Virus record (IMG/VR): IMGVR_UViG_3300037067_022020
Coordinates: 1-64,000 of that record
Reading direction: 5' to 3' (one strand)
Length of the DNA: 64,000 nt
Source: a virus
Lineage: Duplodnaviria > Caudoviricetes
A model generated the notes under the pieces. The model searched no databases. It saw only the letters and a program-made list of their open reading frames with translations, and was not told the DNA's origin. Positions within the stretch are counted from its first letter, which is position 1. The number at the start of each line of letters is the position of its first letter. The position numbers were made by a program, and so were the translations under genes. This document shows, one piece after another, positions 20,440 to 28,878 of this stretch.

Positions 20440-20525
20440 TTAAAAAATAACATAAAATTTCTGAAACTGTCACGGAAATTTATTATATTTTATTTTAATT
20501 GACAGGAAATTTAAATTTTAAAAAC

Positions 20526-20735
20526 ATGGCAAAACAACCAATCGAATCAGTTGCATTAACTGAATTATTTACAAAAATGAATGAACAGTGGGATCTTTTT
20601 ATGATTAATCACGCTGATCTAGCAAAGGGAAATAAATCCGCTGCAAAGAAAGCCCGTGCTGCTTTAGGAGAAATTAAGAAACTGGTAACTCCATATAGAA
20701 AAGAATCAGTCATAGCAGTCAAAGGCCAAAAGTAA
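20526..20735 (+). CDS. histone H1-like (Hc1-type) small basic protein
   Basis: KGNKSAAKKARAALGEIKKLVTPYRKESV; ATG at 20526. Confidence 0.8.
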   Translation: MAKQPIESVALTELFTKMNEQWDLFMINHADLAKGNKSAAKKARAALGEIKKLVTPYRKESVIAVKGQK

Positions 20736-20756
20736 ATACATTACATTGACGAGAAT

Positions 20757-20783
20757 TTGGATCTCAGCAACACACCAATAACA
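20757..20783 (+). repeat. orphan copy of the LRR-gene repeat unit
   Basis: gatctcagcaacacaccaataaca matches 32679-32702 at 23/24 nt. Confidence 0.8.
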
Positions 20784-20801
20784 ATTTCGCAATGATGTAT
20801 T

Positions 20802-20838
20802 AATAATGGCTGAAATAACTTCAGCCATTATTTTTTTT
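20802..20838 (+). terminator. intrinsic terminator
   Basis: aataatggctgaa-ataac-ttcagccattatt perfect 13-bp stem followed by T-run. Confidence 0.85.
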
Positions 20839-20840
20839 AA

Positions 20841-20870
20841 TTATTCATAAAATTTTTTTATATTATACAT
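20841..20870 (+). promoter_or_regulatory. recurring promoter-like motif (representative copy)
   Basis: ttattcataaaattttttTATATTATA; similar copies near 5541, 15991, 20461, 24741, 25161, 28831, 32331 and 35581. Confidence 0.6.
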
Positions 20871-21359
20871 ATGCAAACATCAATTATTAAAAAAACCTAT
20901 CGTTCTGAAACAGCTCATCGAGTGCTAAATGCTGTATCTTCAAGATGTAAATATAATATTCATGGTCACTCATATTTATGGGAAATAAATATTGAAGGAA
21001 CAATTAATCAAGAAACCGGAATGGTGTTGGATTTTAAAGAATTGCAACCAATTAAAGATTTCATTGATAAATTTGATCATGCTATGGTTCTTTGGGAAAA
21101 AGAAGATGATGAAATAAAACAATTTTATCTAAAGCATTATTCTCGAATTATAATCATGAAACAAAATTGTACAGCAGAAAATATGGCTAAGGTAGTTTAT
21201 AAATTCGTCTCCGACTGGTTACAAAAAATTAACAACATAAGATATACTAATTTTTATTGTACTCAAGTCGACGTTTGGGAAACTACTACTGGTTGTGGGG
21301 TTGCTGTTGATTATGATGAAAATGATGTTTTAATTTATTTACATGACGATGATAAATAA
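20871..21359 (+). CDS. queD: 6-carboxytetrahydropterin synthase
   Basis: ETAHR...C...IHGHSY, GMVLDF..L, FDHA, TAENMA, VWET. Confidence 0.93.
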   Translation: MQTSIIKKTYRSETAHRVLNAVSSRCKYNIHGHSYLWEINIEGTINQETGMVLDFKELQPIKDFIDKFDHAMVLWEKEDDEIKQFYLKHYSRIIIMKQNCTAENMAKVVYKFVSDWLQKINNIRYTNFYCTQVDVWETTTGCGVAVDYDENDVLIYLHDDDK

Positions 21360-21406
21360 TGAATTTATCTAAGTTACGATAGTATTTATTTTTACAAAAA
21401 AGATAA

Positions 21407-22054
21407 ATGGAGAAAAAAGAAGAATTAATTCAATCAAATGGAAATATTGTACTCTCTGAAAAGCAAAGGGATGAAATGAAACTAAAAGCTGAAATTGCTT
21501 ATGGTCAATTTCTTGATGCCTTACGATTTGATTGGAAGAATGATGTTCAAATGAAAGAAACTCCAATGAGGGTTGCTAAAATGTATGTTGATGAATTATT
21601 TAGGGGCTGCTATACAAACATTCCCGATTTGAAAGAATTTGACAATGAAGGAGGATATGATGGAATGGTATTCAGTGGTGGAATCGATTTATTTTCAACT
21701 TGTGCACATCATTCAGTCGTATTTTTTGGGAAAGCATATATTGGATATCTTCCATCACCCATTGGAAAAGTAGTTGGATTAAGCAAATTAAATAGAATTG
21801 TTGATTTTTACAGCCGAAGGCCAGAAATTCAGGAATCGCTTACGATGCAGATTCATTCTCATCTTAATAAAGTATTAACAGGAAATTTTGGCGTAGCAGT
21901 ATTACTTGAAGCGGCTCATATGTGTGTTCGAAGTAGAGGTGTTAAACAAAATAGTACCATGATCACTAGTAAATTAAGTGGGGGATTTCTCGATCCTGAT
22001 GGGGCTTCAAGAAAAGAATTTTATGATAATATACAATATACAAAAAATCAATAA
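21407..22054 (+). CDS. folE: GTP cyclohydrolase I
   Basis: ETPMRVAKMY, STCAHH, VVGLSKLNRIV....RRP.IQE.LT, H.C...RGV. Confidence 0.96.
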   Translation: MEKKEELIQSNGNIVLSEKQRDEMKLKAEIAYGQFLDALRFDWKNDVQMKETPMRVAKMYVDELFRGCYTNIPDLKEFDNEGGYDGMVFSGGIDLFSTCAHHSVVFFGKAYIGYLPSPIGKVVGLSKLNRIVDFYSRRPEIQESLTMQIHSHLNKVLTGNFGVAVLLEAAHMCVRSRGVKQNSTMITSKLSGGFLDPDGASRKEFYDNIQYTKNQ

Positions 22055-24741
22055 TGTATAAATCAATTTTTTTCGATAAAAAAACTTCTACAATACATTT
22101 ATGGGATGATATTAAAGGATATCATAAATTTCCATTTCAAAAATATGCATATAAAAAAGATTCAACTGGATCTTTTTCTTCTTTATTTGGGCATAAATTA
22201 AAAAAAGTAACTTCTTGGGATAAAACTGACATTGAAGACGAATTAATGTTTGAAAGTGATGTAAATCCAGAAATGAGAACATTAATAGATATGTATCGAG
22301 ACGATGATACCATATCAAAAAATGTCAAAATTATGTTTACTGATATTGAAGTAAATGGAGAAAATGGATATAGTGAAGCAATTAATGCTGAAAATGAAAT
22401 TACAGCTATTTCTATTTATAATAAATTAGACGGGCAAAAACATATTTTTGTAGTTAATCCTTCATCTAATCTAATTTCAATAAAAAGAAATTATAAAATT
22501 CATGAAGTCCAAACTGAAAAGGAGTTACTAAAAAACTTTTTGACTATATATAAAACTATAATTCCTGACATTTTATCTGGGTGGAATAGTAATAATTATG
22601 ATATTCCTTATTTATGTAATAGAATTAAATCCCAAATTGGATCTAAATTTTTGGCAATATTAAGTCCTATTGGAATTGTAGAAAAAGATGATTGGGGGGA
22701 ATATACAATTGCTGGAGTTTCCTTACTTGACTTAATGACACTATATAAACAATTTACATATAATGAAGAACCATCTTATTCATTGGAAGCTATATGTAGA
22801 AAAGAACTTGGTAGAGGAAAAATCGAATATGATGGAAACTTAGATAATTTATATAAATATGATATAAATAAATTTTGTGAATATAATATTGAAGATGTAG
22901 AGTTATTAATAGCATTGGATTTAAAATTAGATCATATTACATTAGCGAGATCTATTTGTCATAAAGGTCATGTTCCATATGAAGATATTTCCTTTGTTAG
23001 CTCATATCTAGATGGGGCATCATTAACTTATTTAAAAAATATAGAAGTAATTGCTCCAAATCGACCAAAAGTAAATAAATTAAAATTTTCAGAAGTTCAA
23101 TTAAAAGGTAGTAAAAAGGTATATATTTCAAATAAAATTCCGTCTGAGACACCAAAATCTGGAGTGTTATTGATTAGAAGATCCAAAACTGCATATATTA
23201 AAGTAGAATATTCAAAATTTTCTGATGATGTTTTTTATTTAATTGATCCATTACCAATTGATTGCTTACCAATTTTTGAAATTTCGGTTAGTTTACCGGG
23301 TGCGTATGTAAAAGATCCTCTTGTTGGATTACATGATTGGGTATTTGATTTAGATTTAACATCATTGTATCCTTCGATTATTATGACGTTAAATATTTCC
23401 CCAGAAACAAAAATTGGATCAGTATTAAATTGGGATGAAAATAAATTTATTAAAAATGAATATGAACAGTTAATCATTCAATCCAAACATCAAAAAACTA
23501 CTTTTTCATTATCTGAATTTAATCAATTTTTAAAAGAGAAAAATTATTCAATATCTTCATCAGGAATAATATATAATTTAAATCATAGAGGATTTATTCC
23601 AACTATTCTCGAAACATGGTTTAATGAAAGAGATGAATTTAAAAATAAAATGAAAAGATATGGCAATGAAAAGAATGAAGAAATGTATAAGTTTTATCAT
23701 TCTCGGCAGCTTACTATGAAAGTTTTATTAAATTCATTTTATGGTGTAATGGCATTAGCTAGATTTCGATTTTATGATCTTGAAAATGCTGTGAGTGTGA
23801 CCTCAACCGGTCAGAGTATTATTAAATTTTCTGGAAAAGTTGCTAACCAATATTATAATAAGCAATTAAATGATAATTTAGATCATGTTATTGCTGTTGA
23901 TACTGACAGTATCTTTTCATCTGCTTTGCCAATTGTTCAAAAAAGATACCCAAAACTAGATTTTGATGACAATGATAAAATGATTCCTAAAGTGTTAGAG
24001 GTTGCTACAGAAGTTCAAAACTATATTAATAAATCTTATGATTTATATGCGTTAAAGTTACATAATTGTAAAGAACACAAATTAAAAATTAAACAAGAAA
24101 ATATATCAAGAACAGGATTATTTATTGCTAAAAAACGATATGCCCTTTGGCAAATATTTGCAGAGGGGGTCTCATCGGATAAATTGGAGGTAAAAGGAAT
24201 TGATGTTGTAAGATCAGATTTTCCTAAAGCATTTAAAATATTTATGTCAGATGTATTAAAAGATTTATTACATAAAATGAATAAAGATGATTATACTAAT
24301 AAATTATGTGATTTCAAAGATTCATTAAATGAAATAGATATAAAAGATATTATGATAACGAAATCAGTAAAAAAACTTTCTGATTATGATCATGAATCCC
24401 GCGAAAAATTTAATTATTTTCTTGGAACACCGGGTCATGTTAAAGCAGCATTATCATATAATGATTTTTTGAATCAAACAAAAAATAAATCTGCAAGACG
24501 TATTTCTAATGGAATGAAAATTAAATTTGCATATTTACGAAAAAATCCATATAATTTAGAGAGTATTGCAATGATGGGATTCGAGGATCCCCCCGATGTT
24601 ATTAAGTTTATTAATGATTATATTGATCGAGATAAAATTTTTGATTCTATATTAGCTAATAAGTTACAATCTTTTTACGATGCGTTAGGTTGGGGGGCAG
24701 TAATTGTTAATAGAGTAGTTGGGACCTTTTTTAATTTTTAA
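22054..24741 (+). CDS. family B DNA polymerase (T4 gp43-like) with ~70-aa insertion
   Basis: Exo DIE, GWNS..YDIPY, YNIEDV; Pol DLTSLYPSII, KVLLNSFYG, DTDS, KKRY. Confidence 0.96.
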   Translation: MYKSIFFDKKTSTIHLWDDIKGYHKFPFQKYAYKKDSTGSFSSLFGHKLKKVTSWDKTDIEDELMFESDVNPEMRTLIDMYRDDDTISKNVKIMFTDIEVNGENGYSEAINAENEITAISIYNKLDGQKHIFVVNPSSNLISIKRNYKIHEVQTEKELLKNFLTIYKTIIPDILSGWNSNNYDIPYLCNRIKSQIGSKFLAILSPIGIVEKDDWGEYTIAGVSLLDLMTLYKQFTYNEEPSYSLEAICRKELGRGKIEYDGNLDNLYKYDINKFCEYNIEDVELLIALDLKLDHITLARSICHKGHVPYEDISFVSSYLDGASLTYLKNIEVIAPNRPKVNKLKFSEVQLKGSKKVYISNKIPSETPKSGVLLIRRSKTAYIKVEYSKFSDDVFYLIDPLPIDCLPIFEISVSLPGAYVKDPLVGLHDWVFDLDLTSLYPSIIMTLNISPETKIGSVLNWDENKFIKNEYEQLIIQSKHQKTTFSLSEFNQFLKEKNYSISSSGIIYNLNHRGFIPTILETWFNERDEFKNKMKRYGNEKNEEMYKFYHSRQLTMKVLLNSFYGVMALARFRFYDLENAVSVTSTGQSIIKFSGKVANQYYNKQLNDNLDHVIAVDTDSIFSSALPIVQKRYPKLDFDDNDKMIPKVLEVATEVQNYINKSYDLYALKLHNCKEHKLKIKQENISRTGLFIAKKRYALWQIFAEGVSSDKLEVKGIDVVRSDFPKAFKIFMSDVLKDLLHKMNKDDYTNKLCDFKDSLNEIDIKDIMITKSVKKLSDYDHESREKFNYFLGTPGHVKAALSYNDFLNQTKNKSARRISNGMKIKFAYLRKNPYNLESIAMMGFEDPPDVIKFINDYIDRDKIFDSILANKLQSFYDALGWGAVIVNRVVGTFFNF

Positions 24742-24804
24742 AAAAAATATTTTTATATATTTATTTAATACGAATAAAATAAATTATTTAACAGGAGAAA
24801 TAAT

Positions 24805-25125
24805 ATGAAAAAATCAGAATTAGTGCAACTTATTAAAGAAGTTATTTCAGAAACTAATAAATATTATCATGTTTTTTGGACAGATGATAATGATGATGAA
24901 ATTCAAGTAATTGATAACAATGCTTTAGTTAAGGCCAATTCAGTTTCAGAAGCAAAAGCTTTAATAAAATCGAAATGTTTTACAGATAAAACATCTATAT
25001 ATAAATTTCAAAATGTTGAAGTGGCAAAACCAGAGGATGAACAATTTGCTGAATATTTTAAGTCTAAAAAAATAATGAATGCTTTAAATTCTAGAGGTTA
25101 TTATATTTATGATTCTGGATCTTAA
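24805..25125 (+). CDS. hypothetical protein with KKSELVQLIKE leader
   Basis: aggag SD; MKKSELVQLIKEVISE. Confidence 0.65.
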   Translation: MKKSELVQLIKEVISETNKYYHVFWTDDNDDEIQVIDNNALVKANSVSEAKALIKSKCFTDKTSIYKFQNVEVAKPEDEQFAEYFKSKKIMNALNSRGYYIYDSGS

Positions 25126-25195
25126 CTTGAAAAAAAAAGAATTAATTAAAATCATTTTTGATTATCTGAATAAAAATTCTTATATTTTAGTTACA

Positions 25196-25302
25196 ATTAA
25201 TCGTTTTTGACCCGATAAACGTTATAAATACTCGGTACTGGAGTCAATTCTGCTACTCAGTAAAACACCGCAGATTAATGTTAAAACATTAATATATTTT
25301 TT
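25196..25302 (+). ncRNA. candidate structured 5' leader of the MIPS operon
   Basis: nested stems attaatc/gattaat, gttt/aaac, cggt/accg, act-g-gagt/actc-agt; competing hairpin attaatgt/acattaat before the ATG. Confidence 0.35.
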
Positions 25303-26448
25303 ATGAATACAAAAATTAAAGTCGCCATTATTGGTGTTGGCAATTGTGCCAAATCTTTGATACAAGGTGTTGATCTTTATAAAAGAGGAAAATTAAATAC
25401 CAATGAAGGTATTATGCGGTCTGATATCGGTGGGTATACACCAAAAGATATTGAATTTGTCTTAGCTTTTGATGTAGATGGAAGAAAAGTTGGAAAGCAT
25501 TTACATGACGCAATTTATGAATTACCAAATTGTGCTATTGATTTAGTTAAACGGGAAGATATGATTCCTATAAAAATTATAGTACAGAAGGCACCAGTTA
25601 TGGATGGTGTTGCACCACATATGCGGACAACCGATATTAATGATCCCGAAAGATTTTATATTGATGATACACAAAAAGAAGTAGATATAATTCAATGTCT
25701 AAAAGACACTGCCCCCGATATTCTTATTAACTATTGTCCAGTTGGTTCTCAACAAGCGGTTGAATTTTATGCACAATGTGCCATCGAAGCAAATGTTGCT
25801 TTTTTAAATTGTATGCCAATTTTTATTGCGTCTGATCCTATTTGGGAGAAAAAGTTTATTGATGCTGGATTACCATTAATTGGGGATGATATGAAATCTC
25901 AATTTGGTGCGAGTATAGTTTCTCAAATTTTGCAAGAATTGGCTTTTTCGAGAGGGCATAAAGTAAAATGTCATATTCAAGAAAATGTCGGAGGAAATAC
26001 CGATTTTCATAATATGAAAGATCAAACTCGGTTAACAACTAAAAAGATTTCAAAAGAAAATGTTATCAGATCACAAAATACAATTAGAGGAATTGATCCA
26101 AAAGATTCATTTTTATATGCGGGGCCATCTAATTATATTCGTTATTATGGTGATAATAAAATCGCGAATTTTCATTTAGAACTTGAAGGATTTGGTGGGT
26201 CTCCAGTTATATTTGATGCAAGAATGTCAGTTCAGGATTCTCCAAATTCTGCAGGCGTTGTTATTGATGCTATTAGATATTTAAAAGTAGCTAAAGAACT
26301 TGGAATAGTTGGAGCATTAAGAGGACCGTCAGCTTGGACTCAAAAATCACCACCATTACAAATGCAGGGAGAACATGCTCAACATGAATGTGATGCATTA
26401 GCTAATAGATGCTTAACCGAAATTACCAGGAATCAATTAAAGAAATAA
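25303..26448 (+). CDS. ino1: myo-inositol-1-phosphate synthase
   Basis: VAIIGVGNCA.SL.QG, IGDD.KSQ.GA, N.GGNTDF.NM, KK.SK, DSPNSAGVVIDA.R. Confidence 0.95.
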   Translation: MNTKIKVAIIGVGNCAKSLIQGVDLYKRGKLNTNEGIMRSDIGGYTPKDIEFVLAFDVDGRKVGKHLHDAIYELPNCAIDLVKREDMIPIKIIVQKAPVMDGVAPHMRTTDINDPERFYIDDTQKEVDIIQCLKDTAPDILINYCPVGSQQAVEFYAQCAIEANVAFLNCMPIFIASDPIWEKKFIDAGLPLIGDDMKSQFGASIVSQILQELAFSRGHKVKCHIQENVGGNTDFHNMKDQTRLTTKKISKENVIRSQNTIRGIDPKDSFLYAGPSNYIRYYGDNKIANFHLELEGFGGSPVIFDARMSVQDSPNSAGVVIDAIRYLKVAKELGIVGALRGPSAWTQKSPPLQMQGEHAQHECDALANRCLTEITRNQLKK

Positions 26449-26451
26449 TAT

Positions 26452-26814
26452 ATGAATGGATTCGATTTTGATGGAGTTATTTCATTAGGAATATACCCAG
26501 GTCCAGAAGATATTATTATTACGGGTAGAAGCTTTGAAGAACAAGCTGAAACAATTAGTTTTATAAGATCGAAAAATATTCAAAACATTATTTATTTTAA
26601 TCCACAGCCATTTTCAAAAAAGTCACGAAAATCAAGTGGAATTTATAAAGCTAAAAAGATCAAAGAACTTGGCATAACTAGATTTTTTGAAGATGACCCA
26701 GTTCAAATAAAAGAAATATTAAAAATTAACCCGGATCTAGAAATAATATATATCAAACATAATTTAGAGCCAAAAGAAAATGTTAGACGAAATTCAAAAA
26801 ACGAAATAGTATGA
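26452..26814 (+). CDS. minimal capless HAD-superfamily phosphatase
   Basis: FDFDGVI (motif I), ITGR (II), K (III), FFEDD (IV). Confidence 0.85.
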   Translation: MNGFDFDGVISLGIYPGPEDIIITGRSFEEQAETISFIRSKNIQNIIYFNPQPFSKKSRKSSGIYKAKKIKELGITRFFEDDPVQIKEILKINPDLEIIYIKHNLEPKENVRRNSKNEIV

Positions 26815-27641
26815 AAAACATAATTATTCTTTATTCAGGTGGTTTAGACAGTTATATTCTTTATCAATATGCAAAAAAGAATTATCCCAATGATAATATT
26901 AAAGCAATTTATTGGAATTATTATCAAGATGTTGCAAAGATAGAAATATCAAAACTTCCAAACTTTGTCGAAATTAGAAATTTAGATTGGATGAATCTAA
27001 AAGGAAAAACATCAATAGAATGCCCCGGAAGAAATGAAGGTCCAATCTTCATCCCTGGTAGAAATTTAGTATTTGCTGTATTATGTGCTTGTGAAGACCT
27101 ACCAGATGAAATTTGGTTGGGGACATTGGCTGGAGAAACACATAACAAAGGAACTGATAAAAATTATCAATTTCTTTGGAATATGAATGCCACATTAAAT
27201 TATGTACTTGGACCATTTTTGGGTGAAAAGAAAATCGAATGTAAATTCCCATTAGCTGATGCTGGAATGAATAAATTAGATTGTGTAAACTGGGCATTAA
27301 ATAATGGAATAACAAAAGAAGAATTAATCTCAACATATTCATGTCATTCTGGAAAAGATATTCCTTGTGGAGAATGTGTACAGTGTATTAAAAGATGGTC
27401 AATTTTTGGCCAAAATGGATTTACAGAAAAATATAATGTTAATCCAGCTACTACAAAACAAGGATTATTAATGTTCGAAGAGATGATAAGATGTAAACTT
27501 GGAGGTGATAACCCATATTATAATCAGGAATCTATACAAGAAATTTTACCATTCTTTATGCAATACGCATTAAAAAATCAGCATCTATTCGATGCTAAAT
27601 TAATTAATAATATAGTCATGGTAAAAAATTTAAAAAATTAA
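26811..27641 (+). CDS. queC: QueC-family ATP pyrophosphatase (7-cyano-7-deazaguanine synthase-like, divergent)
   Basis: YSGGLDS PP-loop, IPGRN, PL....K, SCH....CGECVQC..R zinc site. Confidence 0.85.
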   Translation: MKNIIILYSGGLDSYILYQYAKKNYPNDNIKAIYWNYYQDVAKIEISKLPNFVEIRNLDWMNLKGKTSIECPGRNEGPIFIPGRNLVFAVLCACEDLPDEIWLGTLAGETHNKGTDKNYQFLWNMNATLNYVLGPFLGEKKIECKFPLADAGMNKLDCVNWALNNGITKEELISTYSCHSGKDIPCGECVQCIKRWSIFGQNGFTEKYNVNPATTKQGLLMFEEMIRCKLGGDNPYYNQESIQEILPFFMQYALKNQHLFDAKLINNIVMVKNLKN

Positions 27642-27642
27642 C

Positions 27643-28836
27643 ATGGAAAAAAAATCATTCTTGTATATTCCTTCCTTTTCAGTTGGATATTTTGCGACAT
27701 TATTAGCTAAAAATTATTACTTAACTAACAACTTACCAGCCAGATTTTATGCAGACGATTTCCCCAAATTATTCAGACATAATTCTTTTTTATTAACTGC
27801 CGGGCATTTTTATAAAAAAATGAATACGTTTGACAGTTTTGGATTTGATCGAAAGAAACATTTAGTATTGGGGGATTCCGGGGGATATCAAATTGCATCT
27901 GGTGCTCTAACTTGGTCGAATGATTTAAGATATAAAATTTTTAATTGGTTGGAAAATAATTCGACAGTAGCAATGAATCTAGACATTCCACCCAGAATGA
28001 ATAATATTGGAAAATGGGATGAATGTATAGCTCAAAGCGAAGAAAATTTTAAATATTTTTATGAGAAACAAACAGGAAAAACAGAGTTTCTAAATGTTTT
28101 ACAAGGAACCAATGAAACATCTTATAAGATTTGGTATGATAGAATGAAAAAATTTGAATTTTCTGGGTGGGCAATAGGTGGGGCAGGAGGAATATTATAT
28201 CGTTTAATTAGTTCTATCGCAGTATTATTAGATGGAAAAGAACATTTAAAAACATCTAATAAATACTTACATATGTTAGGATCTTCCAGTTTAAGCGAAT
28301 TTTTTATTCTAGCTCAGCTACAAAAATCATTAAACGATATTGGAAGCAGTTTACAAGTAATGACTGATAGTTCATCCCCATCTTTTTCAGTTGCATTTGG
28401 AACATATTATACCGCAGCTAATTTGAAAAAATGTGTATATTCTACTGTCAATGTCCCAAAACAAAAACAACATTCAATTGACAATAATATGTTTTTACCA
28501 AAGACACATTATTTTGATGCTTTATTTAATAATGTATTAACTCCACAAGATATATTTGACTATAAAGAAAAATGTATTTGTGTAATGACGTTACATAATT
28601 TTTTCGTTCTTAAAGATACAATTACGGCGATTAATGAATTCATTTATAATGATCCATATTTACTACAAGAGGTTACAGACCCGAATCTTTTTATTGTATT
28701 AAAATCAATTGATGAAATGGTAAAAAATGATAATTCAATGAAAGTATTTGAAAAATATAAACCAGCTTATGTTAATGCAAGTAAGTTATTTGATTCATCT
28801 GATGACACTCATATTAATACATTTTTTGAATTTTAG
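27643..28836 (+). CDS. TGT-fold guanine transglycosylase (DpdA-like)
   Basis: GDSGGYQ, MNLDIPP, VLQG, GWAIGG, HMLG, DSSS, LHN. Confidence 0.85.
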   Translation: MEKKSFLYIPSFSVGYFATLLAKNYYLTNNLPARFYADDFPKLFRHNSFLLTAGHFYKKMNTFDSFGFDRKKHLVLGDSGGYQIASGALTWSNDLRYKIFNWLENNSTVAMNLDIPPRMNNIGKWDECIAQSEENFKYFYEKQTGKTEFLNVLQGTNETSYKIWYDRMKKFEFSGWAIGGAGGILYRLISSIAVLLDGKEHLKTSNKYLHMLGSSSLSEFFILAQLQKSLNDIGSSLQVMTDSSSPSFSVAFGTYYTAANLKKCVYSTVNVPKQKQHSIDNNMFLPKTHYFDALFNNVLTPQDIFDYKEKCICVMTLHNFFVLKDTITAINEFIYNDPYLLQEVTDPNLFIVLKSIDEMVKNDNSMKVFEKYKPAYVNASKLFDSSDDTHINTFFEF

Positions 28837-28878
28837 AAAAAAATTTTTTATATTATATACATATTAAATTCACTAAAC

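Noticed and set aside
13467-24741. Inteins or introns in NrdJ or PolB
   Set aside because: NrdJ is continuous through NPCSEI. The PolB insert lacks Cys/Ser starts, His-Asn ends and endonuclease motifs.
25196-25302. Known preQ1 riboswitch
   Set aside because: I could not match preQ1-I, II or III consensus features by eye, so it is kept only as an unclassified structured leader.
26811-28836. QatABCD or type IV CBASS defence locus
   Set aside because: No adjacent CD-NTase, QatA ATPase or TatD; the context is a FolE/QueD/QueE pathway within the replisome cluster.
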